From the NCBI GenBank assembly GCA_964016885.1, contig OZ024747.1:12958001-13022000 (forward strand): 64,000 nucleotides of DNA. The letters run 5' to 3'. Positions within the stretch are counted from its first letter, which is position 1. Every line of letters begins with the position of its first letter. The notes beneath the pieces were generated by a model. It saw only the letters and a list, made by a program, of their open reading frames with translations. It searched no databases and was not told where the DNA came from. This stretch comes from Eledone cirrhosa. Its lineage: Eukaryota. A program made the translations under genes and the position numbers. Shown in pieces: positions 13,253 through 25,715 of the stretch.

Positions 13253-14408
13253 TCATCATCATCATCATCAGGTTTAGCGTCCGTGTTCCACGCTTGCATG
13301 GGTTTGGACGGGGGTTTTCCCACTTGAAGCAAGAGTGGTTGTCTTGCTCGCATAGGACTGTCTGGCGGGTTTTCTACAGTTGGATGCCCTTCCTAACACC
13401 AACCACATTTACAGTGTGGGGCTGGGAGGTTTTTACCGTGTTGCCTACACGGCCACATTACAGCATGGACTGTCTGGCGGGTTTTCTACAGCTGGATGCC
13501 CTTCCTAACACCAACCACATTTACAGTGTGGGGCTGGGAGGTTTTTACCGTGTTGCCTACACGGCCACATTTACAGCGTGGACTGTGTGTTTTTTTTGTC
13601 GTGACACCTACACGATCTCATTTGTTTCGGCCTGGATGTTGTGGGACCAACATAACTTTACATTGAAAGGGGCAGTGTGGATGGGGTGGAGGTGGTGGGA
13701 CGGGGGTGTGTTTTGATAGAGATGCCTACTGACTGTAGTAGGTTTTTACTTTGTATTTAGGTAAGGCGGGTCTTCTCTATTACTGAGTACCGCCAAAGGT
13801 CTCGGTCCAGTGACATTGTCTTGGAGAGGTGTAAGCGTGTGAGGTCGGAATTTATTAGCTCGGCCCATGTTTTTCTGGGTCTGCCTACTCCGTGGCTACC
13901 GTCTATCTTTATTGCCCTGCACTTTGTTATACAGCTGTCGTCTTTCATGCGCATCACGTGACTGTACCAACGTAGCCTTCTCTCGAGTAAACAACATCTG
14001 ATCCCTCTTATTTCTAATTTTTTCCTTAGTTCGTTTATGCTTTGCCGTTCACGTATATTACTATTGCACATCCAGCGGAGCATGCAAGCTTCGTTCCTCT
14101 CTAGTCTGCGTATATCCTCTGCACACAATGCCCAGGTCTCACTGCCATGCAGCATTGCTGTTCGTATGCAGGCATCGTATAACCTGCCTTTCATTTTTAG
14201 GGAGAACCCTCTAGCGGCTAATAGTGGTATAAGCTCTCTGAACTTTTTCCATCCAGTTCTGACTCTAGCTACTGTACTTTCAGAGCACCCTCCCCCACTG
14301 CTGATTTTGTTACCCAGGTAACGGAAGCTGTCCACTATTTCTATAGAACCCTCTGCGCAGTTGAAGGAGCTAGTATTCTGTGGGCACTTGCTGCTACTTA
14401 TTGCACCA
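13253..14408 (-). mobile_element. RTE-clade LINE, 5'-truncated copy 1 (RT C-terminus plus 3'UTR and GAT tail)
   Basis: Stop-free [11 protein letters not shown]...LHGSETW...[11 protein letters not shown]...GRPRKTW...DRDLWR at 13757-14408; 3'UTR contains a 112-bp tandem duplication. Confidence 0.93.
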
Positions 14409-14412
14409 TGTG

Positions 14413-14446
<34 letters not shown>

Positions 14447-14474
14447 AATGTGTGTGTGTGTGTGTATATATATG

Positions 14475-14552
<78 letters not shown>

Positions 14553-14591
14553 TACACACATATGTGTGTATGTATATATATATATATATAC

Positions 14592-14687
<96 letters not shown>

Positions 14688-15019
14688 CCACATATACATA
14701 TACACCATTTCGAAATCACCGGGTATAGATAGTTGATGACAAAACATATTTCTTGCATTGCTCACCTAAATTAAAATTATTTCTCCATCAACTCCTCCAC
14801 TCCTCCAGTCTATATACACCTCACATATACACTCCAGAGATATAGAGTAATATTGATATGGATCTTTCAAATAATATACAATTCTAAAGCTTATTGCTAA
14901 GGCATGAACATCACGTCTGCATCTTCTCGAAGTCTTAGCCTTGTTATTCTATGTCTAGTCAAACGAAATCAATATATTATTTTATTTTTCCTGTATTCAT
15001 CAGTATTTCTTTAATATTC

Positions 15020-15294
15020 ATAGTGTGTAGATTATATATATATGTGTGTATATGTGTATGTAATGTGTCTGTGTGTGTATATGTGTATGTAATGTGTCTG
15101 TGTGTGTATATAATGTGTATATAATGTGTATATGTGGGGTTATAAGTGTGTGTTTGTGCGAATTATTGCAAGCAAATGTCTGAAAGTGTTGTGTGTGTGT
15201 ATATAATAAATAACATATATGTGTATATAATGTGTGTGTATGTATATGATAAATAATATATATGTATCTAATGTGTGTGTGTGTATATATAATA

Positions 15295-15331
<37 letters not shown>

Positions 15332-15830
15332 GTGAGTGTGTATATATGTATATAGATGTATATGTGTGTGTGTGTGTATGTATATAGATGTATGTGTGTG
15401 TGTGTACATATGTATATATATATATGTATATAATATGTGTGTGTGTATATATGTATATATATATATATGTATATAATATGTGTGTGTGTGTATATATATA
15501 TATGTATATAATATGAGTGTGTGTGCATGTATATATGAATTTTATAGTGAGTGTGTGTACATGTATGTATGCAATTTATAGTACATATATGAGTATATTT
15601 GTATTTGCTTAAATGTATATACATATATTTGCATGTGATATGTATGTATGCATGCATTTGTGTGCATATCTTTGTGTGTGCGTGTATGCGTGCATGCGTG
15701 CGTGTATGTGTGTGTGTGTGTGAATGTGTATGTTGTTATGAGTGTATATATGTTTGTATATATGTTGGTATGGGTGTACATGTTAATGTGTTTATTCATT
15801 TACATCTATTTATATACATCCATGTATATA
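15020..15830. repeat. Degenerate TG/TA microsatellite field
   Basis: Directly visible. Confidence 0.9.
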
Positions 15831-16116
15831 CAGTTTCACTTCTCTATTGTTGTATAGAATCAGGAAGTGTTATGAATGGCTAAAGAATGATTCTGTTGTT
15901 AGGTTCCAACAGGTTGAATTTTGTCACATAAAAATAAATTTCCCGAATTACCAGCAGTTATTGATTGCCCGCCTTAATTTTGCAATAAATAATATTTTAT
16001 GCAAACAAGAAGTTTATTATTATTAATTCAAAATTTTTAGTGTAATTATAGTACAATTTTCTTCACAATTCTACTTGCTTGTTGTCTCTATCTTTCTCTC
16101 CATGTCCCCCCCCCCA

Positions 16117-16118
16117 CA

Positions 16119-16202
<84 letters not shown>

Positions 16203-16211
16203 CACACACAC
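16117..16211. repeat. (GCAC)n plus (CA)n microsatellite
   Basis: Directly visible pure tetranucleotide run. Confidence 0.97.
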
Positions 16212-16582
16212 ATGTGACCTCTGGCATCACACAGTAATACAGAAGACCTGACTTCCCACGGGAACAAGCCGAAGCCGAAGCATATAAGCAATATGCCCTC
16301 ATCCCCTCCCACTGCAAAATGGTCATGGAGATGTCACAACAAAAAAGCACCCAGCCCCCACTGTAAAGTGGTCGTGTAGGCGCCACATAAAAAAAGCACC
16401 CAGCACTCACTGTTAATGAGGTTGGTGTTAGGAAGGGCACCCAGCTGTAGAAATCAAGCCAAAATCACTTCCCATATGAGCAAGATAAGGTCAGCCGACC
16501 CAACATTGCCCACAACAGGGCAACTCGCCTAACCCATGCTAGCGTGGAAGAATTGATGTAAAACAGTGATGATGATGATGAT
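16212..16582 (+). mobile_element. 5'-truncated retroelement tail (same family as 12437-12796)
   Basis: Colinear with the reverse complement of 12437-12796; GAT tail. Confidence 0.8.
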
Positions 16583-16592
16583 ATGTATATAA

Positions 16593-16626
<34 letters not shown>

Positions 16627-16675
16627 CTAGGGAGTGTAACTTGGACTTACTGTAGGTTCGTCCTTGTTATCTTTT

Positions 16676-16713
<38 letters not shown>

Positions 16714-16883
16714 TGTGTGTGTATATTATATGTATATAATGTGTGTGTATATTATATGTATATAATGTGTGTGTATATTATATGTATATAATGTGTGTGT
16801 ATATTATATGTATATAATGTGTGTGTATATTATATGTATATAATGTGTGTGTATATTATATGTATATAATGTGTGTGTGTGCG

Positions 16884-16921
<38 letters not shown>

Positions 16922-17041
16922 CGCATGTATCCATGCATTTTATAGTGAGTGTGTCTACATGTATGTATGCATTTTATAGTACATATATGAGTGTATTTGT
17001 ATTTCTTTAAATGTATATACATATATTTGCATGTGATATGT

Positions 17042-17338
17042 ATGGAACAAACCCGTCTAACACATGCTAGCATGGAAGATGGATGTTAAACGATGATGAT
17101 GTTTGTATATATATGTATATATATATACATCATCATCATCATCATCATTTAACATCTATCTTCCATGCTAGCATGGGTTAGACGGGTTTGTTCCATTTGA
17201 GGCAAGTTTGGTCAGGTGACCGTGTCTCGCTCATATAGGACTTTCTGGCTGTTTTTTTTATGGCTGATACCCTTCCTAACGCCAACTACATTTACAGTGT
17301 GTGGTGGGTGCTTTTTGCCATGTCTTTTACACGACCAT
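17042..17338. mobile_element. Tail-to-tail pair of GAT-tailed retroelement ends (17042-17101 plus, 17128-17338 minus)
   Basis: atggaacaaacccgtctaac...gatgatgat followed by its reverse complement. Confidence 0.85.
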
Positions 17339-17355
17339 GTATATATATATATATA

Positions 17356-18670
17356 TCATCATCATCATCGTTTAACGTCCATATTCCACGCTTGCATGGG
17401 TTTGGACGGGAGTTTTCCCACTTGAGGCAAGATTGGTTGTCTTGCTCGAATAGGACTGTCTGGCGGGTTTTCTACGGCTGGATGCCCTTCCTAACACCAA
17501 CCACATTTACAGTGTGGGACTGGGAGGTTTTTACCGTGTTGCCTACACGGCCACATTACAGCGTGGACTGTGTGTTTTATTTGTCGTGACACCTACACGA
17601 CCTCATTTGTTTCGGGCTGGATGTTGTAGTACCAACATAACTTTACATTGAAAGGGGTAGTGTGGATGGGGTGGGGGTAGTGGGACGGGGTGTATTTTGT
17701 TAGAGGTGCCTACTGACTGTAGTAGGTTTCACTTTGTACTTAGGTAAGGCAAGTCTTCTCTGTTACTGTGTAGCGCCAAAGATCTCGGTCCAGTGACATT
17801 GTCTTGGAGAGGTGTAAGTGTGTGAGGTCGGAATTTATCAAGTCATCCCAGGTTTTTCTGGGTCTGCCTACTCCGTGGCTACCGTCTATTTTTATTGCCC
17901 TGCACTTTTTTATACAGCTGTCGTCTTTCATGCGCATCACGTGACCATACCAACGTAGCCTTCTCTCTAGTAAACATCTGATCCCTCTTATTTCTAATTT
18001 TTCCCTTAGTTCGTTTATGCTTTGCCGTTCACGTATATTACTATTACACATCCAGTGGAGCATGCAAGCTTCATTCCTCTCCAGTCTGCGTATATCCTCT
18101 GCACACAATGCCCAGGTCTCACTGCCATGCAACATTGCTGTTCGTATGCAGGCATCATACAGCCTGCCTTTCATTTTTAGGGAGAACCCTTTAGCGTTTA
18201 ATAGTGGTATAACCTCTCTGAACTTTTTCCATCCAGTTCTGACTCTAGCTACTGTACTTTCAGAGCACCCTCCCCCACTGCTGATTTTGTCACCCAGGTA
18301 ACGGAAGCTGTCCACTATTTCTATAGAACCATCTGTGCAATGGAATGAGCTAGTATTCTGTGGGTACTTGTTGCTACTTATTGCACCAGAGCACCGGCCA
18401 CATATAAAATCTATATTCTTAGTTAGCTTACCTGTGATCCCACTACATCTTTTATGCACCCATACTTTGCATTTGGGACATAAAATGGAGTTTCTATCTA
18501 TTCCTTTCCTACACACTGAGCATGGCCATTTCCCGGATGGGACCAGTGCCCTATTTTCCTTCCTACAAACTAGAACATTAGTCTTAGACAGGTTAATTTT
18601 AAGGCCTTTTGATTCTAGGCCATGCTTCGATGTTTGGAATTTCTTCTCTAGTTCAGCCATTGATTCAGCT
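17356..18670 (-). mobile_element. RTE-clade LINE, 5'-truncated copy 2 with PHD-like finger inside the RT C-terminal region
   Basis: ORF 17740-18660: GLKINLSKT, then CSVC...CPKCKVWVHKRC...CGRC, then FRYLG...GSETW...RRLRWYGHVMR...GRPRKTW; 3'UTR matches copy 1. Confidence 0.95.
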
Positions 18671-18681
18671 ATATATATATA

Positions 18682-19473
18682 TACAAATATAATTTCAGCG
18701 AGATTGTATTTTGGTTGTGATCAAAAACAATGCGAAACGCAATTTTCGAGATATGCGGCAAGCGCTCAATGGACTAAAATAAGACCATAGCAATTAACAT
18801 ACGTTATAGAGGCCAGACAAACTGAAAAGGGCGGTCATGAAGCTATCAGCCACCGGAGCCCCCCAAAAAACGAAGCAAGCTAGACAGGTTAACAAAAGAA
18901 TTTACCTGGACCTCCTGGAAATTGATGGTATAATCCAGTGGCAGGTTTCTGTGACACCTAAATCAATTATACTGCCTGCTTTCATTGTAAGCTTTCGGTA
19001 TAACGATCGAAGTAGGCTGCCATTTTGTCAACAGGTATTTTGTTTTCAGCCGGCGAGCGGGTTCCAATGCATTAGTAGTGTTGGAGTGATTACCCCACAT
19101 GTTTACCCTGCAAGGGAGGTAACCCCGGATTTTGGCGGATGGATTCAGAATGCGTAAAATTATTGCAAGGATAGCAAAAAAACAGCGCAAATCGAATTAA
19201 GCTCTCGACCGGGTTGTTTTTAAATAAACTTAAACAATTAATTAGTCAATAGAATTGTCCAATAGAATTAACTAATTAATTGCTAGGCCCGGGAGATTAA
19301 TACAAATATAATTTCAGCGAGATCGTATTTCGGCTGTGGTAAAAAACAATGCGAAACGCAATTTTCGAGATATGCGGCAAGCGCTCAATGGACTAAAATA
19401 AGACCAGAGCAATTAACATACGTTATAGAGGCCAGACAAACTGAAAATGGCGGTCATGAAGCTATCAGCCACC
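18682..19473 (+). repeat. Unassigned element: 173-bp direct repeats (18682-18854, 19301-19473), period 619 bp
   Basis: tacaaatataatttcagcgaga...gaagctatcagccacc occurs twice; CpG-rich relative to surroundings; TA-rich flanks. Confidence 0.9.
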
Positions 19474-19620
19474 ATATGTATATCATCATCATCATCATTT
19501 TACGTCAATTCTTCCACGCTAGCATGGGTTAGACAGGTTGTCCTGTTGTGGGCAATGTTAGGTCGGCTGACCTTATCTTGCTCATAGGGGAACTGATTTT
19601 ATATATATATATTTTTTAAG

Positions 19621-19840
19621 GAACGATCGACTTTCGTCAAATCGGACCGAGGGAACAATGTTTCCGTTGGTCTTTCCAATTGCTAGTACTATCTATCGGT
19701 CGCAACTCCAGGTAGAAGGAGCAACGTGAAAATAAAGTGTCTTGCTCAAGGACATAACGCATCGCCTGGTCCAGGAATCGAACTCACAACCTTACGATTG
19801 CGAATCCAATTCTCTAACCACTCAGCCACACGCCTTCACT
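19621..19840 (-). mobile_element. tRNA-derived CORE-type SINE, family A
   Basis: Minus strand A box tggctgagtggt, B box gttcgattcc, then tgtccttgagcaagacacttt; matches 29359-29583. Confidence 0.85.
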
Positions 19841-22071
19841 GGGATATATATATATATATATATAGTTAAATGTTAGACAGGAACAAAAGAGAGAGGCAGT
19901 ACAAATGGTAGTTTATTAGGTTCACGCTTATACACACAAACACACACCCAGACATGCATACATACATAGATTTATATTTTTTTTTTATTCATTCACATAC
20001 ATACATAGATTTATATAATGTTTTTTACAAGCCTGATACTGAATTCATCTATCTCTTTTTGATGAAGCAGTAAATTATGGGAAATTATCACAGATACAGA
20101 TGTAAATATTGATATACAGACATATATTATATCTTACATATAGTTTACACTGTAAAACACTTTGATCAGCTGTCTGCTAGAGATCAAAATGATTTCTGCA
20201 CATTTAGATAGTATCACGCTCACCAGAGTAGCTGAGCAGAATTGTTGTCATCAGTAATTGCCTATGATTTTTGACTGACACTATAGCACACATGTTCCTT
20301 TAGTTATTTGTCAACGTACTACCAAACTAGAAGCTGCTATTACCAGCCCAACCATACAGCAAGTAGTTTGTTTTATTATTTGCTGAGTATTTGTTTGTTG
20401 CTCTCGGCTTAGGTTTTTCTTTCTCATATATACCTCTGATAAAGCGTTTTCTGCTTCTCTCTCCAATTTACAAATTACTGCCCTGTAATCCTTCCTAAGT
20501 CCATTGTTAGCCAAATATGACATGGCTACCCTCTGCTACAAACCCATGACATCTAACCATTACTGGAAGTGCTATACTCTCTCATCCTGTGCCCCCACAC
20601 AATTCCTTAAGTATTTCATATGTTAAGCTTCTCCTTTCATGTGCCCACTCAAGTCACTATCAACCCAACAATCAAGATAGTTTTCTGTCATTGAGAGCCT
20701 TACTTCGTTAAACAAACTTATGTGGACAAATGTGGTTAGACCCACTTTAATTGTACCCTCCTCCCCTCCTCCCCTCATCATCATCATCATCATCATTGGT
20801 ACATTTTTGTATGGCTCATAACAAGATAGAAACCTGATTTAGAATAGGTACACTGTGTTGTTGAATGTTATAAGAGGTGACTAGAAAGGTTAGTGTCAGG
20901 AAGGGCATTCAGCTATAAAATATTACTTTCATAAGTCCCATCCAACTCATGCCAGCATAGAAATGTCATTGTAAAAACGAAGATGATGATTGAAAAGAAG
21001 TGGTATTTTTATTACACATAGCAAGATAAATGTTTGAGGAAGGACTTGGAAATAGGCTCTGTGCCTTGTTATTACCAAAGAACAATACCTTGTCAACCAT
21101 AAGTATTTGAATAGCTGACCAGTTCTATTCTAAAATGAAATGTTAGCTACAAAGTGAGAAATATCCATATTTATCTAGTTTATATTCTTATAAAGTAGAG
21201 ACTAGGATAGGCTACTACTGATTCGAAACTAAAGATATGAAGTACTTCATAATGATATGCAATGAAGTTAATAATACGTGCTTTCTTTCTATGCTATACT
21301 GCAAATGTGATGAATAAGCCACTGAGCTATTTTCATCTCTTTGTCATTTTGCTTTGTGACATTTGTAGTTAATACACGATATTTGTGTAGATAATGGCTT
21401 ACTAGTTTTCATTAATGTGATTGTCTTAGCTAGCTGACCTTTTTTAATGTTGACTTTCTTAATTCTTGAAATTGACTTCTCGATTTTGTTTTTAGGTGGT
21501 ATTGGTGGGGGTATTTATAAACTATTATTTATTCTATACAGAAAAACATTGTCATTAATAAGGGTGTGGGGGAATATTAGAACTAATCAAATCTCCATTT
21601 TGCAAATTATATAGTTCAAATTTCTAATGGGGTTAAGGTAGCTGTTTATTGTTCAAGATTCTAATGTGTAGTCTATCTTAAAAAACTAAACTCGGATAAA
21701 TACATTGTCTTTTTCTTTGAATTAATTGATGTCACATACAGATATTCCTTTCATTTCTCAATGAATCAGCATTAAAAATTTATTCTATCACAATTTTTTT
21801 TTAATAACTGAAAAAGAAAAAAGAAAACATCCATTAGTAATTAGAGAATGAGTTGAACTTTATCTTTTAAATAAGAAATGTTAATTTTATAATAAACAGA
21901 ATTAGGTCAGCTTCTTATAAAAAGAAAACAAAGATTTATACACATCAATCCTTGAATTGTAATCACTGATGTCATATCTGTGCCATTGTCAACAATGGAT
22001 TTGATGTTCTTTTAAACTGTCGAGGGTTAGACTAGTCTGAAGTATAGTAGTTTCTTTTCATTTGTTTAGAC

Positions 22072-22234
22072 CAGGCATGGGCAACTTTTTTCGAGCAGTG
22101 GGTAGCATAGGATGTGGCTCATTATAAGGCAGGCTGCACTAGTAAAAACTTCAAGACAAGTTTCAAATTAGGTGTGCCTTTCAGAAAACCAAATGGGCCA
22201 CATGTGCTCTTGGGCTGCAGTTTGCCCATGACTT
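22072..22234. mobile_element. hAT-like MITE
   Basis: Imperfect TIRs caggcatgggcaac / tttgcccatgact; related inverted, shorter copy at about 38003-38105; TSD not evident. Confidence 0.6.
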
Positions 22235-22551
22235 TACATACTTTGCATACTTTATTAAAATTATACTCGATTGTTATTAATGGAAATAGTTGCTAAGTCA
22301 AGAAACCTGTCAATAAATGCTGCTTTTGCTAGATGTACAACTTTTAGTGAAAAACATCTAAGATGGTCAAATTTATTTAATTGATTTGAAAATGAAAGAG
22401 TCCCAACTGTAGAAAATAAATGTAATAATAATTGATTACTATAAATAATAGTTGAGAAAATTGTGTAAAGTACCTTTAGACATGGAAAAGGTTGACAGAG
22501 AGCCTCTGTCAACATTTTTCCATCTCTGAGTTTTCTCAACTACTATCTATA

Positions 22552-22725
22552 ATTGTTTCTACTTTTGGCACAAGGCCGGCAATTATCCCAGTGCATTATC
22601 AACACCATTGGGATGAAAAGGAAAGTTAACCTTAGCAGGATTTGAACTCGGACCATAAAGGGCCGTAACTCTATGCTGCAAAGAATAGCATCCGACCCCC
22701 TACCAATACTGCCAATCCACCGCCC
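22552..22725 (-). mobile_element. Meta-domain SINE
   Basis: Reverse complement of the young SINE consensus with a small internal deletion. Confidence 0.85.
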
Positions 22726-23283
22726 TATTATCTATAATGATCAACTGTTATTACAGTTATTTTCTGCCTTTGGGTTCTTACAATTTTCAAACTTCAAACA
22801 CTTCCAGTACATCCATAATTTATTAGGTTTACTTATTTAATAAAGTTTATTTTTACCTTTGATCTTTCAACTATTGATTGTAAGTGTTTCTATACTGCTG
22901 TCACCCTCAACATTTATATCACCTTTCAGTGTTTGCATCAGTTACCTAATCTCATCTTCGTATAAAATCTTTCCAACAACCTGCAGTAAATATTAAAAGA
23001 AAATGACAATGTATATACCATTGAACTGGAGGTTCATAGATCTTGAATTCAATCCTACTGTAGTTTACACAGCTGTTTGGAAAGAGAAACAGAATTGTGA
23101 TAGACCTGCATTTATTTCTCATTTGTCAAACTAAAGCTAAGCAGCATTGGCCCTTAAAAATTCTTTGTGACTTAGGAGAGGATTTATACAATATGCTGCC
23201 GTTTTTGTTGTTTAGCCCCTACTTAACTCGGATCAAGCAGACTTATAATGAAAAGCATTCCAGTCATAACCATTCTGTCTTAT

Positions 23284-23327
<44 letters not shown>

Positions 23328-23383
23328 ATTTTGAGAAAACCAAAGATATTATTATTATTTATTTATTTATTTATTTGTTTATA

Positions 23384-23506
23384 CGTCTCTACGGACGTTT
23401 CAATGTGGTTAGAATATCACATTTAATTGTGTAGAGAATTGGACATTAACAGCTAATTATTTACTCCATTATGGGTGCTTTATTCAGACCGTATCTCTTC
23501 AGGAAA
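23384..23506 (-). ncRNA. Hammerhead-like motif with 94-nt insert (probable Penelope-like element remnant)
   Basis: Minus strand tttc-CTGAAGA-(94 nt)-GAAA-cgtccg-TA-gaga, then AATAAA and a T-rich tract. Confidence 0.45.
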
Positions 23507-23544
23507 TATATATAATAAAATAATAAATTAATTAATTTATATAC

Positions 23545-23815
23545 AGACCAGGTGATGTGTTGTTTCCTTGAGCAAGACACTTTATTTCACATTGCTCCAG
23601 TTTACTCAGCTGTAGAAATGAGATGATAGGGGCTGGGGTCCCTATCATTCCACTGCAAAGTGGTCGTGGAGGTGCAAAAAAATACCCAGCACTCACTGTG
23701 AATGAGGTTGGTGTTAGGAAGGGCATCCAGCTGTAGAAATAAAGCCAGAATCAGTTCCCGTCCCACCCTTGCAAGCAGGGAAAAGCGGACATAAAAAAAA
23801 AACAATGATGATGAT
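23545..23815 (+). mobile_element. CORE-type SINE, family B, 5'-truncated
   Basis: Matches 44231-44530 from the CORE-like domain onward. Confidence 0.85.
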
Positions 23816-24405
23816 GAAAATGACAGGATTACATTATTCAAGATATTCTTCCTCTTTGAAGATGGTAGTGTCTTATTAAGATTTCCCACTTTTAGCAGCA
23901 GAACTTACATATACTAGCAGGTGTAAGTTCTAAGAAAAAAAAAACCTGAAAAGCAAAATTTGCTATCAATTGCCATCAGCTTAAATATTTTACTACTTTG
24001 GAATTCAACTATAATAATTATAATTTTCACTAACATACAAACTCTCCTTTGCTTAAGAGTATTTTGATTTTAATTTTCATAAATAGTTTTTCTGTTGTCA
24101 CTTCTTCATACGTTCACATTTACTACATAATGTTTGCTAAAAATACTTTTCTCACTTTTCCTTCTATCTTCACATTTCTGTTTAATTTTTTTTTTCTGTT
24201 AAAATTTTCCCAAAGTTTGTATCTTTTGTGTAATCTGTCTTTGAGTTGACTTACATACTGGCTTCATCAGTTGTCTGATCTAAAGTTTGCTGTAGGATTT
24301 CTCACATGATCACAAAGCCACATATTTTCAACAGAATGATTTAGTCAAAATACCTTGTCCACCTGGCAAAGTGGTAGTGTTGTTGTCACCTAGCCCACAT
24401 TTTAA

Positions 24406-24626
24406 CCCTTTAGCATTTACATTACTCTGTTTTTACTATTGTATTTTCATGTTAAAGGCTTTATCTCACATAATTATCCCACATAATATCGAAGCTATGA
24501 AAATTTGATGTTATTTATTTTGAGAATAATACCTTAACATCAGTATGAATATCAGGTTATGGTTGGTTTGAGCAGAAAAAGTTGAGAGAATTCTGGATGG
24601 ATACAGCCGGTTTAAATGCAAAGGGG
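24406..24626. mobile_element. piggyBac-like MITE (221 bp) nested in an older GAT-tailed retroelement (about 24365-24875)
   Basis: TTAA|ccctttagcattta...taaatgcaaagggg|TTAA; inverted relative to 58881-59101. Confidence 0.85.
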
Positions 24627-25147
24627 TTAAGGTGGTAGTACTGGTGCCACAATGAAAAGCACTTAGTCTGCACTGTAAGGTAGTAGTGCTGGAAGCATGA
24701 TAAAATGCTCCCAGTATAAACTGGTTGTCATTAGGAATGACATCCAGCTATAGAAACCAACCCAGAAATGGAGCATACAAGTAGGATGTAGTCACCTGAC
24801 CAGTCTAACCTCACAACATTACAACTTGTCTAACCCATGCAAGCATGGAAAATAGGCATTAAATGTTGATGTTGAGGAATCATCCTGAGTATGGGTGCTA
24901 TTTCATTTATCCTTGGATTAGAGGCAAAGTCAACCATTTTGGAGTTAAAATGTGAAACAGGAGTCGGTACTGAATACTGAAAAGTATTTTAGCCCAGTGC
25001 TCAACTATTTCTATCATTGCACTACCTCTTTAGTTAAATAAGGAAAGATATTTGCATTATTTTACATCAAGGTGATATGGAATCCCCTATTATTTACAGA
25101 CACTCTTATAATCTTGTCAATAATCCAATATTATTAATTACTTTAGG

Positions 25148-25715
25148 GTAGGGCAGTGGATTGGCAGTATCAGTAGAGAGTCGGACACCATGCTTTGCAG
25201 CATAGAGTTATGGTCCTTTATGGTTTGAGTTCAAATCCCACCGAGGTTAACTTTGCCTTTCATCCTTATGGGGTCGATAAAATAAAGCATCAGTAATGTA
25301 CTGGGGTCGGTTTAATCGAGTTTCCCCTCCCCCCAAATTACCGACCTTGTGCCTATACTAGAAATCATTAATTACTTTAGGGTGGTAGATAATCAAAATC
25401 GTTAGTTCATTAGATAAATTGCATTGCAGTATTTCATTATGACTTTGCATTCTGGTTTCAAATCTTGCTGAGGTCAGCTTTGCTTTTCATCCTTATGAAG
25501 TCAAGAAAATAAAGTACCAGTCAAATACTGGGGTCAATATAATCAACTTTCTCTCTCCTCTGAATTTCTGGCCTTGTACCTATATTAGAAACAACCATTA
25601 TTAATTACTTCGCCGAGGTTAACTTTGCCTTTCATCCTTATGGGGTCGATAAAATAAAGTACCAGTAATATACTGGGATAATTGCTGGCCTTGTGCCAAA
25701 AAGTAGAAACAATTA
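25148..25715 (+). mobile_element. Three head-to-tail Meta-domain SINEs (third 5'-truncated)
   Basis: Repeated gttcaaatc / aactttgcctttcatccttatggggtcgataaaataaagtaccag / ggccttgtgcc...tagaaac. Confidence 0.88.

Noticed and set aside
14409-14758. N-terminal part of ORF 13757-14758 as a fusion protein (likewise 47512-47977)
   Set aside because: Microsatellite read-through upstream of a 5'-truncated LINE
18975-19040. Minus-strand hammerhead in the 619-bp unit (TTGACAA...GAAAgctTA)
   Set aside because: Stem II and stem I do not pair convincingly
18837-19157. 106-aa ORF within the 619-bp unit
   Set aside because: No recognisable motif; length is compatible with chance in a GC-richer stretch
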